NCBI GenBank assembly: GCA_963774955.1
Contig: CAVZGV010000003.1
Coordinates: 320,771 to 384,770, forward strand
DNA length: 64,000 bases
Direction of reading: 5' to 3'
Source: Candidatus Falkowbacteria bacterium
Lineage (GTDB): Bacteria; Patescibacteriota; Patescibacteriia; CAIXNZ01
The notes under the pieces were generated by a model. The model was given only the letters and a program-made list of their open reading frames with translations. It was not told where the DNA came from and searched no databases. How positions within the stretch are numbered: the first letter of the stretch is position 1; each line of letters begins with the position of its first letter. A program made the translations under genes and the position numbers. Shown in pieces: positions 16,734-26,842 of this stretch.

Positions 16734-18785
16734 ATGGCGCAAAAAAATCGCGGTTCATTTAATCCCAAAACCAAGCTTAGAGTTTATTTAGTTCTTATTT
16801 TAATTATTGCGGTTTTGGGCGGGTTTTTGGATTACCCAAAATTGTATGATAGCGGTGTGGATTTTTTAAATTCCAAATTAGGCCTGCAAATTGGACATTA
16901 CTATAATTTGCCTTTTCGTTTAGGTCTGGATTTACAGGGCGGCACTCAGTTGGTTTATCAGGCTAATATGGACAAAATTCCTGGCAGCGATCAGAATGAT
17001 GCAGCTGAAGGTGTCCGCGATGTTATTGAACGACGCGTTAACGCTTTTGGCGTGGCTGAGCCATTGGTTCAGACCTCCAAGGAAGGCAGTAACTTCCGAG
17101 TCCTCGTTGAATTAGCCGGGATTAAAGATGTTGATCAGGCTATCAAAATGATTGGAGAAACTCCGCTTTTGGAATTTAAAGAACAGTCAACTCAACCTCA
17201 GGAATTAACGGCTGAGCAGAAAAAAACCATGGATGAGTATAATAAAGAAGCCAAAAGCCAGGCTAAGGAAATTCTGGCTCAAGTGCTTGATAATCCCGGT
17301 AGTTTTGCTGATTTGGCCAAAGAAAAGTCAGAAGACGCAGCCACTAAAGATAATGGCGGCGATGTGGGCTTTATTTCCGAAAGCAGTGTCCATAGTGAAT
17401 TTTTCAAAACTTTAAATAATCTTGATAACGGACAGGTGGCTAAGGATCTGGTCGAAAATGCTGAGGGTTATAATATCCTCAAACGCGGTGAATATAAAGA
17501 AGAGACTAAAGTCAAAGCCAGTCATCTTTTGATCTGTTTCAAAGGCGCGGATCGCTGTGAACAGGAGACTTCCAAGGAAGATGCCCTGAAAAAGATTCAG
17601 GAATTAAAAGCTCAGGCCACGGCTGATAATTTTACCGACTTAGTTAAGGCCAATTCCACGGAACCGGGTGCTGATCAAAGCGGCGGCGATCTTGGTTATT
17701 TTGGTAAAGGGCAAATGGTTAAGCAGTTTGAGGACGCTGTTTACGCTATGAACGTAGGGGATATATCCGATGTAATCGAAACTCAGTTCGGTTATCATTT
17801 AATATATAAAGCAGACGCCAAGGCTGATCCGACTTATCAGGCTTACCGTATTTTGACAAAAAAGAAAACCGATGCTGATTATATTTCCCAGGATCAATAT
17901 AAATATACCGGACTTTCCGGCAAACATTTAAAGAAAGCCCAAGTAACTTTCAGCCCGAATACCAATGAACCTCAGGTTTCCTTGGAATTTAACGATGACG
18001 GTAAAGCTTTATTTGCGGATATTACCGGCAGAAACGTCGGTAAAATAGTGGGTATCTTCTTGGACGGTGAAGCCATCAGTTTACCGCGGGTGAATGAGAA
18101 AATCAGTGAAGGCAGTGCTGTTATTACAGGCAAATTCTCATTGGAGGAATCAAAGACACTGGCCAGACGTTTAAATGCCGGTGCCTTACCCGTACCTATT
18201 GAATTAGTTTCCCAACAAACAGTGGGCGCCAGTCTGGGTCAGGAATTTATTCAAAAGAGTTTAAATGCCGCCCTGTTAGCTTTTCTCTTGATTACCATCT
18301 TTATGGTAGTCTATTATCGCTTGCCGGGTTTGTTGTCGATTTTTGCTTTGATTATTTATACTATTATTAACGTGGTAATTTTTAAATCAATACCAGTGAC
18401 TTTAACTTTGTCAGGCATTGCCGGTTTTGTCCTGTCAGCCGGTATGGCTGTGGATGCTAATGTCTTGATTTTTGAACGTCTAAAAGAGGAATTACGGGCA
18501 GGTAAGCCTTTAGCTTCTGCGACTACAGAAGCCTTCAGAAGAGCTTGGACTTCTATTCGCGATGGTAACTTAACTACATTGTTAGCCTGTTTTTTCCTCT
18601 ATTGGTTTGGCACCAGCATGATTAAGGGCTTTGCCGTGACCTTATTTATCGGCGTGGTAATTTCCATGTTATCGGCAATTATTATAACCAGAACTTTTAT
18701 GGAGCTGGTAATCGGCTGGAAATTTGTAAATAATACTAGCTGGTTATTTTTGGGCAAAAAAAAGGATAATGACATTTTAAAATAA
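16734..18785 (+). CDS. secD: Protein-export membrane protein SecD with inserted tandem parvulin (PpiC-type PPIase) domains in its periplasmic region.
   Basis: SecD N-terminus (GLDLQGGTQLVY...GETPLLEFKE) and C-terminal TM core (..AGMAVDANVLIFERLKEE..). An insertion of ~200 aa carries the rotamase signature KASHLLICF...GGDLGYFGKGQMVKQFEDAVYAMNVGDISDVIETQFGYHLIYK, preceded by a degenerate copy (GGDVGFISESSVHSEFFKTL..). Confidence 0.85.
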   Translation: MAQKNRGSFNPKTKLRVYLVLILIIAVLGGFLDYPKLYDSGVDFLNSKLGLQIGHYYNLPFRLGLDLQGGTQLVYQANMDKIPGSDQNDAAEGVRDVIERRVNAFGVAEPLVQTSKEGSNFRVLVELAGIKDVDQAIKMIGETPLLEFKEQSTQPQELTAEQKKTMDEYNKEAKSQAKEILAQVLDNPGSFADLAKEKSEDAATKDNGGDVGFISESSVHSEFFKTLNNLDNGQVAKDLVENAEGYNILKRGEYKEETKVKASHLLICFKGADRCEQETSKEDALKKIQELKAQATADNFTDLVKANSTEPGADQSGGDLGYFGKGQMVKQFEDAVYAMNVGDISDVIETQFGYHLIYKADAKADPTYQAYRILTKKKTDADYISQDQYKYTGLSGKHLKKAQVTFSPNTNEPQVSLEFNDDGKALFADITGRNVGKIVGIFLDGEAISLPRVNEKISEGSAVITGKFSLEESKTLARRLNAGALPVPIELVSQQTVGASLGQEFIQKSLNAALLAFLLITIFMVVYYRLPGLLSIFALIIYTIINVVIFKSIPVTLTLSGIAGFVLSAGMAVDANVLIFERLKEELRAGKPLASATTEAFRRAWTSIRDGNLTTLLACFFLYWFGTSMIKGFAVTLFIGVVISMLSAIIITRTFMELVIGWKFVNNTSWLFLGKKKDNDILK

Positions 18786-18877
18786 ACTAATAAATAATTA
18801 TCACGAATGTCACTAATAGCCATAAAAATCCGCGCGATTAGTGAGTATAAATTCGTGGTTCAGCTAACATATATATT

Positions 18878-19882
18878 ATGAATATCATTAAACTACGAAA
18901 ATTTTTCTTGCCCTTTTCCGGGACTTTGACGGTTATCAGTATCTTGTTATTGATAATGTGGGGTTTGAATCTGGGCATTGATTTTACCGGCGGCAGCTTA
19001 TTGGAAATTGAATATCTGAACGATAAACCACTGGTCACTGATTTGCAGGGGAAGTTGGCGCCTTTAGAGCTTAAAGGCTTAAAGATCCAAGAAATCGGCA
19101 CCAATGGTTATATTTTAAGATTCCAGCAAACTGGCGAAGACGTTCATCAATCAATTTTAGACACATTGCATGATCGGGCAGTTTTAGCTGCAGACGTCAA
19201 TAATGATTCTGGCCTTAAAGTTGAAAGTGTTGCGGGCGATGCCAATATCGAAGTTAGCGGCAGTAATTCTGATTCTGCGCAAACAGCTAATATAATAGAA
19301 AAACGTTATAATTCCATTGGTCCGGCTATTGGCGCGGAACTTAAAACTAAGGCTTTTTATGCTATTATTTTAGTGGTCTTAGCTATTATTATATATATTG
19401 CCATTGCTTTTCGTAAGGTCTCATATCCAGTAAACTCCTGGAAATATGGCGTGGCTGCGGTGCTGGCTTTAGTCCATGATATTTTCGTAACTGTCGGTAT
19501 TTTCGTGATTTTAGGTAGATACTTCGGCTTTGAAATTAATACTCCTTTTGTGGCGGCTTTGCTGACAATTTTGGGTTATTCAGTTAATGATACAATCGTG
19601 GTTTTTGACCGGGTTAGAGAAAATCTTCATAAATATGAGGGTGAATTTGAAGAGATTGTAGAAAAGAGTATTTGGGAGACCATGGCTCGTTCTATTAACA
19701 CCATAGTGACCGTTGAATTGGCTTTATTAGCTTTATTGATCTTTGGCGGTGGTGTCATTAATGATTTTGTTTTACCTCTTTTAATTGGTATTTTCTTTGG
19801 TGCCTATTCTTCAATCTTTATAGCTTCGCCGATTGTGGTTGTTTGGCAAAAATTGGATTGGGCAATGAAGAAAGAGAGCTAG
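18878..19882 (+). CDS. secF: Protein-export membrane protein SecF.
   Basis: GIDFTGGSLLEIEY, ..VHDIFVTVGIFVILG.., FDRVRENL..; 334 aa. Confidence 0.85.
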   Translation: MNIIKLRKFFLPFSGTLTVISILLLIMWGLNLGIDFTGGSLLEIEYLNDKPLVTDLQGKLAPLELKGLKIQEIGTNGYILRFQQTGEDVHQSILDTLHDRAVLAADVNNDSGLKVESVAGDANIEVSGSNSDSAQTANIIEKRYNSIGPAIGAELKTKAFYAIILVVLAIIIYIAIAFRKVSYPVNSWKYGVAAVLALVHDIFVTVGIFVILGRYFGFEINTPFVAALLTILGYSVNDTIVVFDRVRENLHKYEGEFEEIVEKSIWETMARSINTIVTVELALLALLIFGGGVINDFVLPLLIGIFFGAYSSIFIASPIVVVWQKLDWAMKKES

Positions 19883-19950
19883 AAATTGGGGCTTGGAAGT
19901 CTGGGCATAATTCGTGGAAATTGTTTATAGATATTGCTAAAATTAGATAA

Positions 19951-19995
19951 AATAAAAGCTTCTCCGCTTAACGAAGAAGCTTTTATTTTTAGGTT
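19951..19995 (+). terminator. Rho-independent terminator after secF.
   Basis: aaagcttctccgcttaacgaagaagcttt hairpin followed by tatttttagg. Confidence 0.6.
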
Positions 19996-20065
19996 TAATT
20001 TTGTGGCAGGTAAGATACTTGCATAAATGTAAACATTGGGATATAATACATCTGCCTATAAACTC

Positions 20066-20094
20066 TTGACATATATTTTGAGATATGTTATACT
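20066..20094 (+). promoter_or_regulatory. Consensus sigma70 promoter (TTGACA-17-TATACT).
   Basis: cTTGACAtatattttgagatatgtTATACTataga, ~75 bp upstream of CDS 20172. Confidence 0.65.
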
Positions 20095-20171
20095 ATAGAA
20101 TAATTAAAATAGGGTTTAAATGCGCTAATATTTGCATTTAATTTATTTATAAATTACTAACACCTACTAAT

Positions 20172-21248
20172 ATGTCAGCAAAAATAAAGATCATTAGTTA
20201 TTCAGATTTGGTCGATTCATTATTGGCCAATTTGCCAAATCGCGAACGCGAAGTTCTGCAAAGAAGAAATTCTTTGGGCGAAATTAACGGAGCCCATACT
20301 CTTGAGCAGATTGGCAATGATTTTAATATTACCAGAGAAAGAATAAGGCAAATTGAAAGAGAAGGCTTGAAAAAGCTGAAAAGTTTGGATTATCAAAAAT
20401 TAAAATTGCCTATTGATGTTTTGGAAACTCAGGTTGCTGACAACCTGAAATACCATGGCGGCTTAATGGCGGAAGATCATCTGAAGGCTAAGCTCTTATC
20501 GGAAGAAAACGAAGAAGAAGAACGAGCTTTGGATTTCATTTTGGCCAATTTTTTAAATAGTAATTTTGACCGAGTAGAGGCTCAAGCCGATTACCAGATT
20601 CTTTGGAAAATGGATTCAGTAAATTTAGATGAGGCGTTAACTGTTGCTAAGGCCTTGAAAGATTTGATTGAAAATCATGGCCAGCCTATACACATGGAAG
20701 AATTAATTGATAAGTTCAAATATCACAATTTGTATCAGAGAGTAGAACAGCTGGAAGCTGAAAATCAAGCGATAATTGAGGCACTCTTAAGGCTCAATAA
20801 ACATGTTAAATCCAACATTTTAAAACAATGGGGTTTAGCCATCTGGAATACCATCAAACCAAAGAGAATGACTGATAAAGCCTATTTAATTCTTTTAAGG
20901 GAGAAAAAGCCTTTACACTTTGCGGAGGTTGCTGATTTAATCAATCAGGCTAATTTTGACCGCAAAAAGGCGTGTCCGGCCACTGTCCATAATGAATTGA
21001 TTTTAGATGATAAATATGTTTTAGTCGGTCGCGGTATTTATGCCTTGAAAGAATGGGGTTTTCAGGCAGGTACAGTTGCAGATATTATTTCCCAAATTCT
21101 GCAGGAAAACGGTCCCCAAAACAAGCAGGATCTGATGGATAAGGTTTTAAAACAAAGGTTGGTGCAAAAAACCACAATTGTTTTGGCCTTAATGGATAAA
21201 AATAAGTTTGACAGACAGGAAGACGGTCGTTATACCTTAGTTAAATAA
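20172..21248 (+). CDS. Sigma-70 region-4 (HTH) domain protein lacking regions 2/3; putative transcription regulator.
   Basis: N-terminal NREREVLQRRNSLGEINGAHTLEQIGNDFNITRERIRQIEREGLKKLK is a canonical sigma70 r4.2 HTH. The remaining ~280 aa have no recognisable motif. Confidence 0.65.
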   Translation: MSAKIKIISYSDLVDSLLANLPNREREVLQRRNSLGEINGAHTLEQIGNDFNITRERIRQIEREGLKKLKSLDYQKLKLPIDVLETQVADNLKYHGGLMAEDHLKAKLLSEENEEEERALDFILANFLNSNFDRVEAQADYQILWKMDSVNLDEALTVAKALKDLIENHGQPIHMEELIDKFKYHNLYQRVEQLEAENQAIIEALLRLNKHVKSNILKQWGLAIWNTIKPKRMTDKAYLILLREKKPLHFAEVADLINQANFDRKKACPATVHNELILDDKYVLVGRGIYALKEWGFQAGTVADIISQILQENGPQNKQDLMDKVLKQRLVQKTTIVLALMDKNKFDRQEDGRYTLVK

Positions 21249-21268
21249 ACAATTATATACCAAAAAAA

Positions 21269-21300
21269 GAAACCTCCAAGCATTGTGAGGTTTCTTTTTG
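21269..21300 (+). terminator. Rho-independent terminator.
   Basis: gaaacctc-caagcattg-tgaggtttc followed by tttttgtttt. Confidence 0.65.
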
Positions 21301-21467
21301 TTTTCCCATGGCAAAAATGGTCAAAATTATGTATAATATATATAGAACCACAAAAGGTGGCACGAAAAAACACTAAAAGTAATTTAATATTGAAAATCAC
21401 GATAAAACACTTATTATTTTCGTGTTTTTCGTGATTATATTTTCATGGTTAATATTACATTCATTTT

Positions 21468-23234
21468 ATGATTGAAATCGATTTAAGTACAATTATACCC
21501 TGGCTGAACAATTTTATGAATATGGTTATTGTTGATTTCAGCGGTGATGACCCCTGGGTTGCTATGGGTATTTTTATGTTTAAATATCAGGGCTGGCTCT
21601 TGTATATTTATATTTTTATTCGCTATCTGGTTTTTCCAGAATACATGTTTTTTATCCAAAACCGTTGGTTTGCTAAAAATGTACAAATGGTGCTTTTAGC
21701 CATTGATGTGCCGAAAATGAATGAACAAAGTGTTCAGGCCATGGAGAATTTTTTTGGCCATCTCTTGGGAGCTCATAGTTCATTTTTATGGTGGGATAAA
21801 TATATTGATGGGGCTTTTCAGCTTAGTTTTTCCTGTGAATTAATCAGTATTGAAGGCAACATCCAGTTTTTAATCAGAACGCCTAAACAATTTCGCAATT
21901 TAGTGGAAGCAGCTTTATATGGTCAGTTTCCGGACGCGGAAATTACCGAGGTCCAGGATTATGTCACTAATGCGCCGCGTTATTATCCGAATGCCACCCA
22001 TGATCTTGCTGGAGTGGAAATGACGTTGAGCAATAAAAACGTTTATTTGCCAATCAGGACTTATGAAAAATTTGAACATCGATTTGCGGAGGTCTTTGCC
22101 GATCCATTGGCGGGTTTATTGGAAAATCTGGCGCAAATCGGCCCGGGTGAACAAGTTTGGATCCAATATTTATTGAAGCCGCTGCCTGTTGATTGGGGCA
22201 GGGAAGGCGGAGAAAAAGAAATAAATAAAATCATCGGCAAGGTAGAAAAGCCCAAGACAAGCATTATTACTCTTGTTTTTGATATGTTTTTTAGTGTTTT
22301 AAGCGGTTTTGCAGAACAATTAATCGGGCCTGGCGGCGAGACTAGTGCAGTACCAGAAAAAAAAGAAGAGCAGTTTCGCATGATGAATTTGACTCCGGGA
22401 CAAAAAGAACAATTGGAATCGATGGAACGAAAAATTGCTCGATTAGCCTTTAATGTTAAAATTAGATTTTTATATATTTATGAAAAAGGGATTGATAATA
22501 AAGCTTTAAGTTGGCAAGGAATAATCGGCGCGTATAAGCAATGGACTGATATGAATGCTAATGGCTTAAAACCGGACATGAAACCGACAGGTACCGGTTC
22601 AGCCTATTATGTTTTTATAAATAGACGTCGTAATACCAGAAAAAATTATATAATGGGAGCCTATCGCGGTCGAAATAGCGTTATGGGCTCTGTGGCTAAA
22701 CCGTTGAATACCGAAGAATTGGCATCTTTATGGCATTTCCCTGGAATGAGTGTTAAAGCACCTTTTTTAAAGGCTACTGCCTTTAAAAAAGCGGCCGCTC
22801 CGGTTGGGTTACCTATGGAAGCAAAAATACCTTTACCTTCAGAGATTAAAAGCGTAGAAACAGTTATGACGGAAAAAAATATTAATTTACCGACTTTTGA
22901 CTATGACAATGATGAATTCGAAAAGCAATTTGCCTTGGATCGTGAGGGCTTTGCCAAAAGCCGGCCGGCTCGGGAAAAGAGGCTGAAAGAAATTGCGCAA
23001 GCAGAAACTGCTAAGGCAGAATCAGCTCAAAAAGCAGCTTTGGCAGCTGAAGAGGAGGTTCAACGGGCAGTTGTTAAACCCAAGAAGCCCCAGGCCTCAG
23101 CCAATTTGCTGGATACGGATTTTTCAGCTGATAATGAAACTCAATCGTCAGCTCAGATCCCACAGACACCAGAATCAGCCAAGGAAACAAATGATTCTGA
23201 CAAAACTCCAGGCAACTTGCCGTTTCTTGATTAA
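21468..23234 (+). CDS. Polytopic membrane protein, partner of the downstream coupling-type ATPase; disordered acidic/Q-rich C-terminal tail.
   Basis: N-terminal TM helices (..MVIVDF.., ..WLLYIYIFIRYLVF.., ..LLAIDV..) and an 8-nt gap to the ATPase gene. Confidence 0.55.
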   Translation: MIEIDLSTIIPWLNNFMNMVIVDFSGDDPWVAMGIFMFKYQGWLLYIYIFIRYLVFPEYMFFIQNRWFAKNVQMVLLAIDVPKMNEQSVQAMENFFGHLLGAHSSFLWWDKYIDGAFQLSFSCELISIEGNIQFLIRTPKQFRNLVEAALYGQFPDAEITEVQDYVTNAPRYYPNATHDLAGVEMTLSNKNVYLPIRTYEKFEHRFAEVFADPLAGLLENLAQIGPGEQVWIQYLLKPLPVDWGREGGEKEINKIIGKVEKPKTSIITLVFDMFFSVLSGFAEQLIGPGGETSAVPEKKEEQFRMMNLTPGQKEQLESMERKIARLAFNVKIRFLYIYEKGIDNKALSWQGIIGAYKQWTDMNANGLKPDMKPTGTGSAYYVFINRRRNTRKNYIMGAYRGRNSVMGSVAKPLNTEELASLWHFPGMSVKAPFLKATAFKKAAAPVGLPMEAKIPLPSEIKSVETVMTEKNINLPTFDYDNDEFEKQFALDREGFAKSRPAREKRLKEIAQAETAKAESAQKAALAAEEEVQRAVVKPKKPQASANLLDTDFSADNETQSSAQIPQTPESAKETNDSDKTPGNLPFLD

Positions 23235-23276
23235 ATTAGTCAGCTTAGTTTTTAGTTATTAAATTTTAGTTATATT

Positions 23277-25562
23277 ATGTCTGAAGAATTAGTAAAAAAA
23301 ATACAGGACAGCGGGATTGCACCATTTGCAGTCACTACTTATCATAATAAAGAAAAAATTTTTGGCATTAAAACAGATGATCGTCGCCGTCATGTTTATC
23401 TCATCGGTAAAACCGGTATGGGCAAAACGACCCTGATTGAAAACATGGTTTATGCAGATATCATGTCCGGCCATGGCGTCTGTTATATTGATCCTCATGG
23501 TGATACCGCTGAAAAAATGCTGGAATGGATTCCGTCCTGGCGTATAAATGACGTGGTTTATTTTAATCCCGCTGACTTGGAATTTCCTATTTCCTTCAAT
23601 GTCCTGGAAAAGGTTGATCCCAAATATCGCCATTTAGTCTCTTCAGGCCTTGTCGGCGTCTTCAAAAAACTATGGGCCGAGTCTTGGGGCCCACGCTTAG
23701 AGTATATTTTGAGAAATGCGATTTTAGCGCTTTTGGAATATCCTGATAGCACTTTGTTGGGTATTAATCGTCTTTTGGTTGATAAGGAATATCGCAAAAA
23801 AGTCGTGGAAAAAATTCAGGATCCGGTTGTCCGTTCCTTTTGGGTGGATGAATTCCCCAAATGGAATGAGCGCGTTTTACAGGAAGTTGTGTCTCCGATT
23901 CAAAATAAAGTCGGTCAGTTTTTATCAACTGCCCTGATTAGAAATGTTGTCGGCCAGGTAAAATCGAGTGTAAATTTGCGCGAATTGATGGATACCCAGA
24001 AAATTTTAATTTTAAATTTGTCTAAAGGCAGAATCGGCGAAGATGCTTCAGCTTTAATGGGCGCGATGATGGTTACAAAAATACAGCTGGCAGCTATGAG
24101 TCGTGTGGATATCCCGGAAACTCAAAGAAACGACTTTTATCTCTATGTCGACGAATTTCAGAATTTCATTACTGATTCATTTGCCAATATTTTATCTGAG
24201 GCCAGAAAATATCATTTAAATTTAACTATTGCTCATCAGTATATTGAACAGTTGGGTGAAGTGGTTCAGCCGGCTGTTTTTGGTAACGTCGGAACTATTA
24301 TTGTTTTTCGTATCGGCGCGGCTGATGCTGAATTTTTGGAAACTGAATTTGCCCCCAATATCATCCCTGAAGATTTAGTTAATTTACCCAAGTATCACGT
24401 TTATTTAAAGTTAATGATTGACGGCGTTACCAGTGAACCATTTTCAGCCCGCGGTTTGCCCCCTGTATATACCAAATCCATGGGTAATGAAGAAAAGGTT
24501 ATCCGTGCTTCCCGGGAAAGATATACCAGACCCAGGGAAGTCGTGGAAGATAAGATTTACCGCTGGAGTTTGGGTGATAAAGAAATTGAGCGCAGAGAAG
24601 CTGATGCTGCTAAAAAAGCAGGTATCACTGTGGATGTTTTTGCCAAAAAGCAGGAAGATCGTCGTGATCAACCTAGAGACGGAGGTAGAGACTTTAGCAG
24701 AGATGGCGCTAGAGATAGTGGTAGAGATAGTGGTAGACAAGATAATCGGCCTCAGGCACCCAGAGCGCAGTTTTCCAGCCGACCCCAGGTACAATCCCAG
24801 GCAGTTAGTGCTAAGCCGGCGAATACCGCAGCCAAGCCAATGCATCCGGCGAAATGTGATAACTGCGGGGTAGCGATTGAAATTCCTTTTTTACCAGATA
24901 AATCACGCCCGGTCTTTTGCAAAGACTGTCTGAAAAAATCTCGCCGCGGTGAAATTAAAATGCAGCCGCAAGCCAGCGTTCAAGTCGCTGAATCAAGAGA
25001 AGAAACACCGACAATATCCTTAGCCCAATTAAATAAACAGACGTTTGATTTTAAGGGTCGTCCTGTTAGAGAAGTGAAAAAAGAGGAAAAAGGGCAAGCG
25101 GGGTTAAGAAAGGAGGAGCCAAAGGCAGAAAGACCAAGAATAGAACCGCCTCAGCTTAGAAGTGGCAAAGAAGTGGGAGAAGCTAAAGACGGGTTAAGAA
25201 GGGAGGCGCCAAAGACAGAAAGGCCAAGAATCGACCCCCCAGTCATTAAGCAACCTGAAACTAAAAAAATTGAACCCAGGCTTACTGTTCAAGCTGAGAA
25301 GAAAGAATCTGAAATTAAGGCTCCAGTTTCAGCCGCTGCTTCTAAAACAGTTGATTTTGATAAATTAATTGATTTTGTGGAAAAAAAACAGGAAGAATTA
25401 AAAGGAAAGATTGATAGTGAAAAGGCTCCGGCGCAGACTCCAGCTATAAAACCACAACAGGCAAAGCCTAATTCGCAGACAGCTTCGGTAGATTTATTGT
25501 CTCAATTTAGCAATGATTCAGATTCCAAAGAAATTAAGGCAGGGGAGGAAATAGAGTTGTAA
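23277..25562 (+). CDS. VirD4/TraD/TraG-like (T4 coupling-protein/HerA-like) P-loop ATPase with a C-terminal zinc ribbon and repeat-rich disordered tail.
   Basis: Walker A LIGKTGMGKTT and Walker B FYLYVDEFQNF. CDNCG..(x17)..CKDC zinc ribbon. RDGGRDFSRDGARDSGRDSGR and two copies of GLRKEEPKAERPRIEPP, the latter a ~50-nt tandem DNA repeat at 25098-25240. Confidence 0.6.
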   Translation: MSEELVKKIQDSGIAPFAVTTYHNKEKIFGIKTDDRRRHVYLIGKTGMGKTTLIENMVYADIMSGHGVCYIDPHGDTAEKMLEWIPSWRINDVVYFNPADLEFPISFNVLEKVDPKYRHLVSSGLVGVFKKLWAESWGPRLEYILRNAILALLEYPDSTLLGINRLLVDKEYRKKVVEKIQDPVVRSFWVDEFPKWNERVLQEVVSPIQNKVGQFLSTALIRNVVGQVKSSVNLRELMDTQKILILNLSKGRIGEDASALMGAMMVTKIQLAAMSRVDIPETQRNDFYLYVDEFQNFITDSFANILSEARKYHLNLTIAHQYIEQLGEVVQPAVFGNVGTIIVFRIGAADAEFLETEFAPNIIPEDLVNLPKYHVYLKLMIDGVTSEPFSARGLPPVYTKSMGNEEKVIRASRERYTRPREVVEDKIYRWSLGDKEIERREADAAKKAGITVDVFAKKQEDRRDQPRDGGRDFSRDGARDSGRDSGRQDNRPQAPRAQFSSRPQVQSQAVSAKPANTAAKPMHPAKCDNCGVAIEIPFLPDKSRPVFCKDCLKKSRRGEIKMQPQASVQVAESREETPTISLAQLNKQTFDFKGRPVREVKKEEKGQAGLRKEEPKAERPRIEPPQLRSGKEVGEAKDGLRREAPKTERPRIDPPVIKQPETKKIEPRLTVQAEKKESEIKAPVSAAASKTVDFDKLIDFVEKKQEELKGKIDSEKAPAQTPAIKPQQAKPNSQTASVDLLSQFSNDSDSKEIKAGEEIEL

Positions 25563-25727
25563 AAAACAAATAACAAATTTCAAATAGCAAATATAACGCA
25601 AATGACAAGTTTCAAATAATAAACATTTGTGATTTAGGATTTGAACCATTGTAATTTATTTGGAGCTTGGTTTTTTGAGATTTGTGATTTATTTTGTCTT
25701 TTTTTATTAAAGTTTTGTCATTCAATT

Positions 25728-26168
25728 ATGCTTTATCTAGGTGCCGATCATGGCGGTTTTAAATTAAAAGAACAGATTAAAAAATATTTGTTAGCCCAAA
25801 AAATTAAATTTATTGATTTGGGCAGTTTCAATTTGGATGCTGATGATGATTTTCCTCAATATAGCTTTAAAGTCGGCCAGGCCGTTGTTCGAGATAAAAA
25901 GTCAGCTGGCATTTTAATCTGCGGGACAGGCTTTGGCGTTTGTATTGCCGCAAATAAAGTAAAGGGTGTTAGGGCAGTTACCATCAGGAATGTCGCCGAA
26001 GCTAAGTCTGCCAGAATGCATAATGATGCCAATATTATGTGTTTTTCCGGTTGGGATTTGCAGCCGGATTTAGCGAAAAAGATAATTAAAGTCTGGTTGA
26101 ATACAAAATTTAGTAATGCATCCAGGCATAAAAGGCGCTTGGACAAGATCAAAAAGTATGAAAGTTAA
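25728..26168 (+). CDS. rpiB: Ribose-5-phosphate isomerase B.
   Basis: MLYLGADHGGFKLKE.. and ILICGTGFGVCIAANK are RpiB/LacAB motifs. Confidence 0.85.
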   Translation: MLYLGADHGGFKLKEQIKKYLLAQKIKFIDLGSFNLDADDDFPQYSFKVGQAVVRDKKSAGILICGTGFGVCIAANKVKGVRAVTIRNVAEAKSARMHNDANIMCFSGWDLQPDLAKKIIKVWLNTKFSNASRHKRRLDKIKKYES

Positions 26169-26829
26169 AATCGTACCAACTATTTTGGTGAATAATTTTA
26201 CTGAATTTAAGGAACGTTTGAAAAGGGTCGAACCCTTTTTTGCCTTAGTACAGATTGACTGCGCGGATGGAAAATTCGTGAACAACAAAACATTTTACCA
26301 CGTTCGCAAAATTAAAAGTCTTACCGCGAAACGGTATCCTGCTATGCGGGAAAAGTATAAGGGAAAATTTGAACTACATCTGATGATTCATGATCCGCTG
26401 AAAGAGATTAAAAAATGGGTTAGTTATAGAAGGTTAAAAAGAGTAATATTTCATTATGAAGCAGTCAGAGACGAGCTTAAAATTTTAGAAATAATCAGTT
26501 ATTTACATAAGCGGGGAATTGGAGCTGGTTTGGCAATTAATCCTGAAACCAAAATAGATAAAATATTAAAATTTTTACCTAAACTTGATGTCTTGCTAAT
26601 TATGGGAGTAAAGCCTGGTTGGGGCGGACAAGCCATAAGTCTTAAAGTTGTAAAGTCGAAAGTTTATAAAGTCAGAAAATTGTATCCAAAATTGGATATT
26701 GAAGTTGACGGCGGAGTTAGTTTGAAAAATATAAAACAGATTATTAAAGCCGGCGCGAATATTTTAGCCATGGGCAAGGCTTTAAACAGTGAACTCGAAA
26801 TTAATCAGCTTCGGTCATTAATTAAATAA
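26158..26829 (+). CDS. rpe: Ribulose-phosphate 3-epimerase.
   Basis: VPTIL..F, VQIDCADGKFVNN, HLMIHDP and GVKPGWGGQ are RPE (TIM barrel) motifs. Overlaps rpiB by 11 nt. Confidence 0.75.
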   Translation: MKVKIVPTILVNNFTEFKERLKRVEPFFALVQIDCADGKFVNNKTFYHVRKIKSLTAKRYPAMREKYKGKFELHLMIHDPLKEIKKWVSYRRLKRVIFHYEAVRDELKILEIISYLHKRGIGAGLAINPETKIDKILKFLPKLDVLLIMGVKPGWGGQAISLKVVKSKVYKVRKLYPKLDIEVDGGVSLKNIKQIIKAGANILAMGKALNSELEINQLRSLIK

Positions 26830-26842
26830 TAAAAACAGGTGC

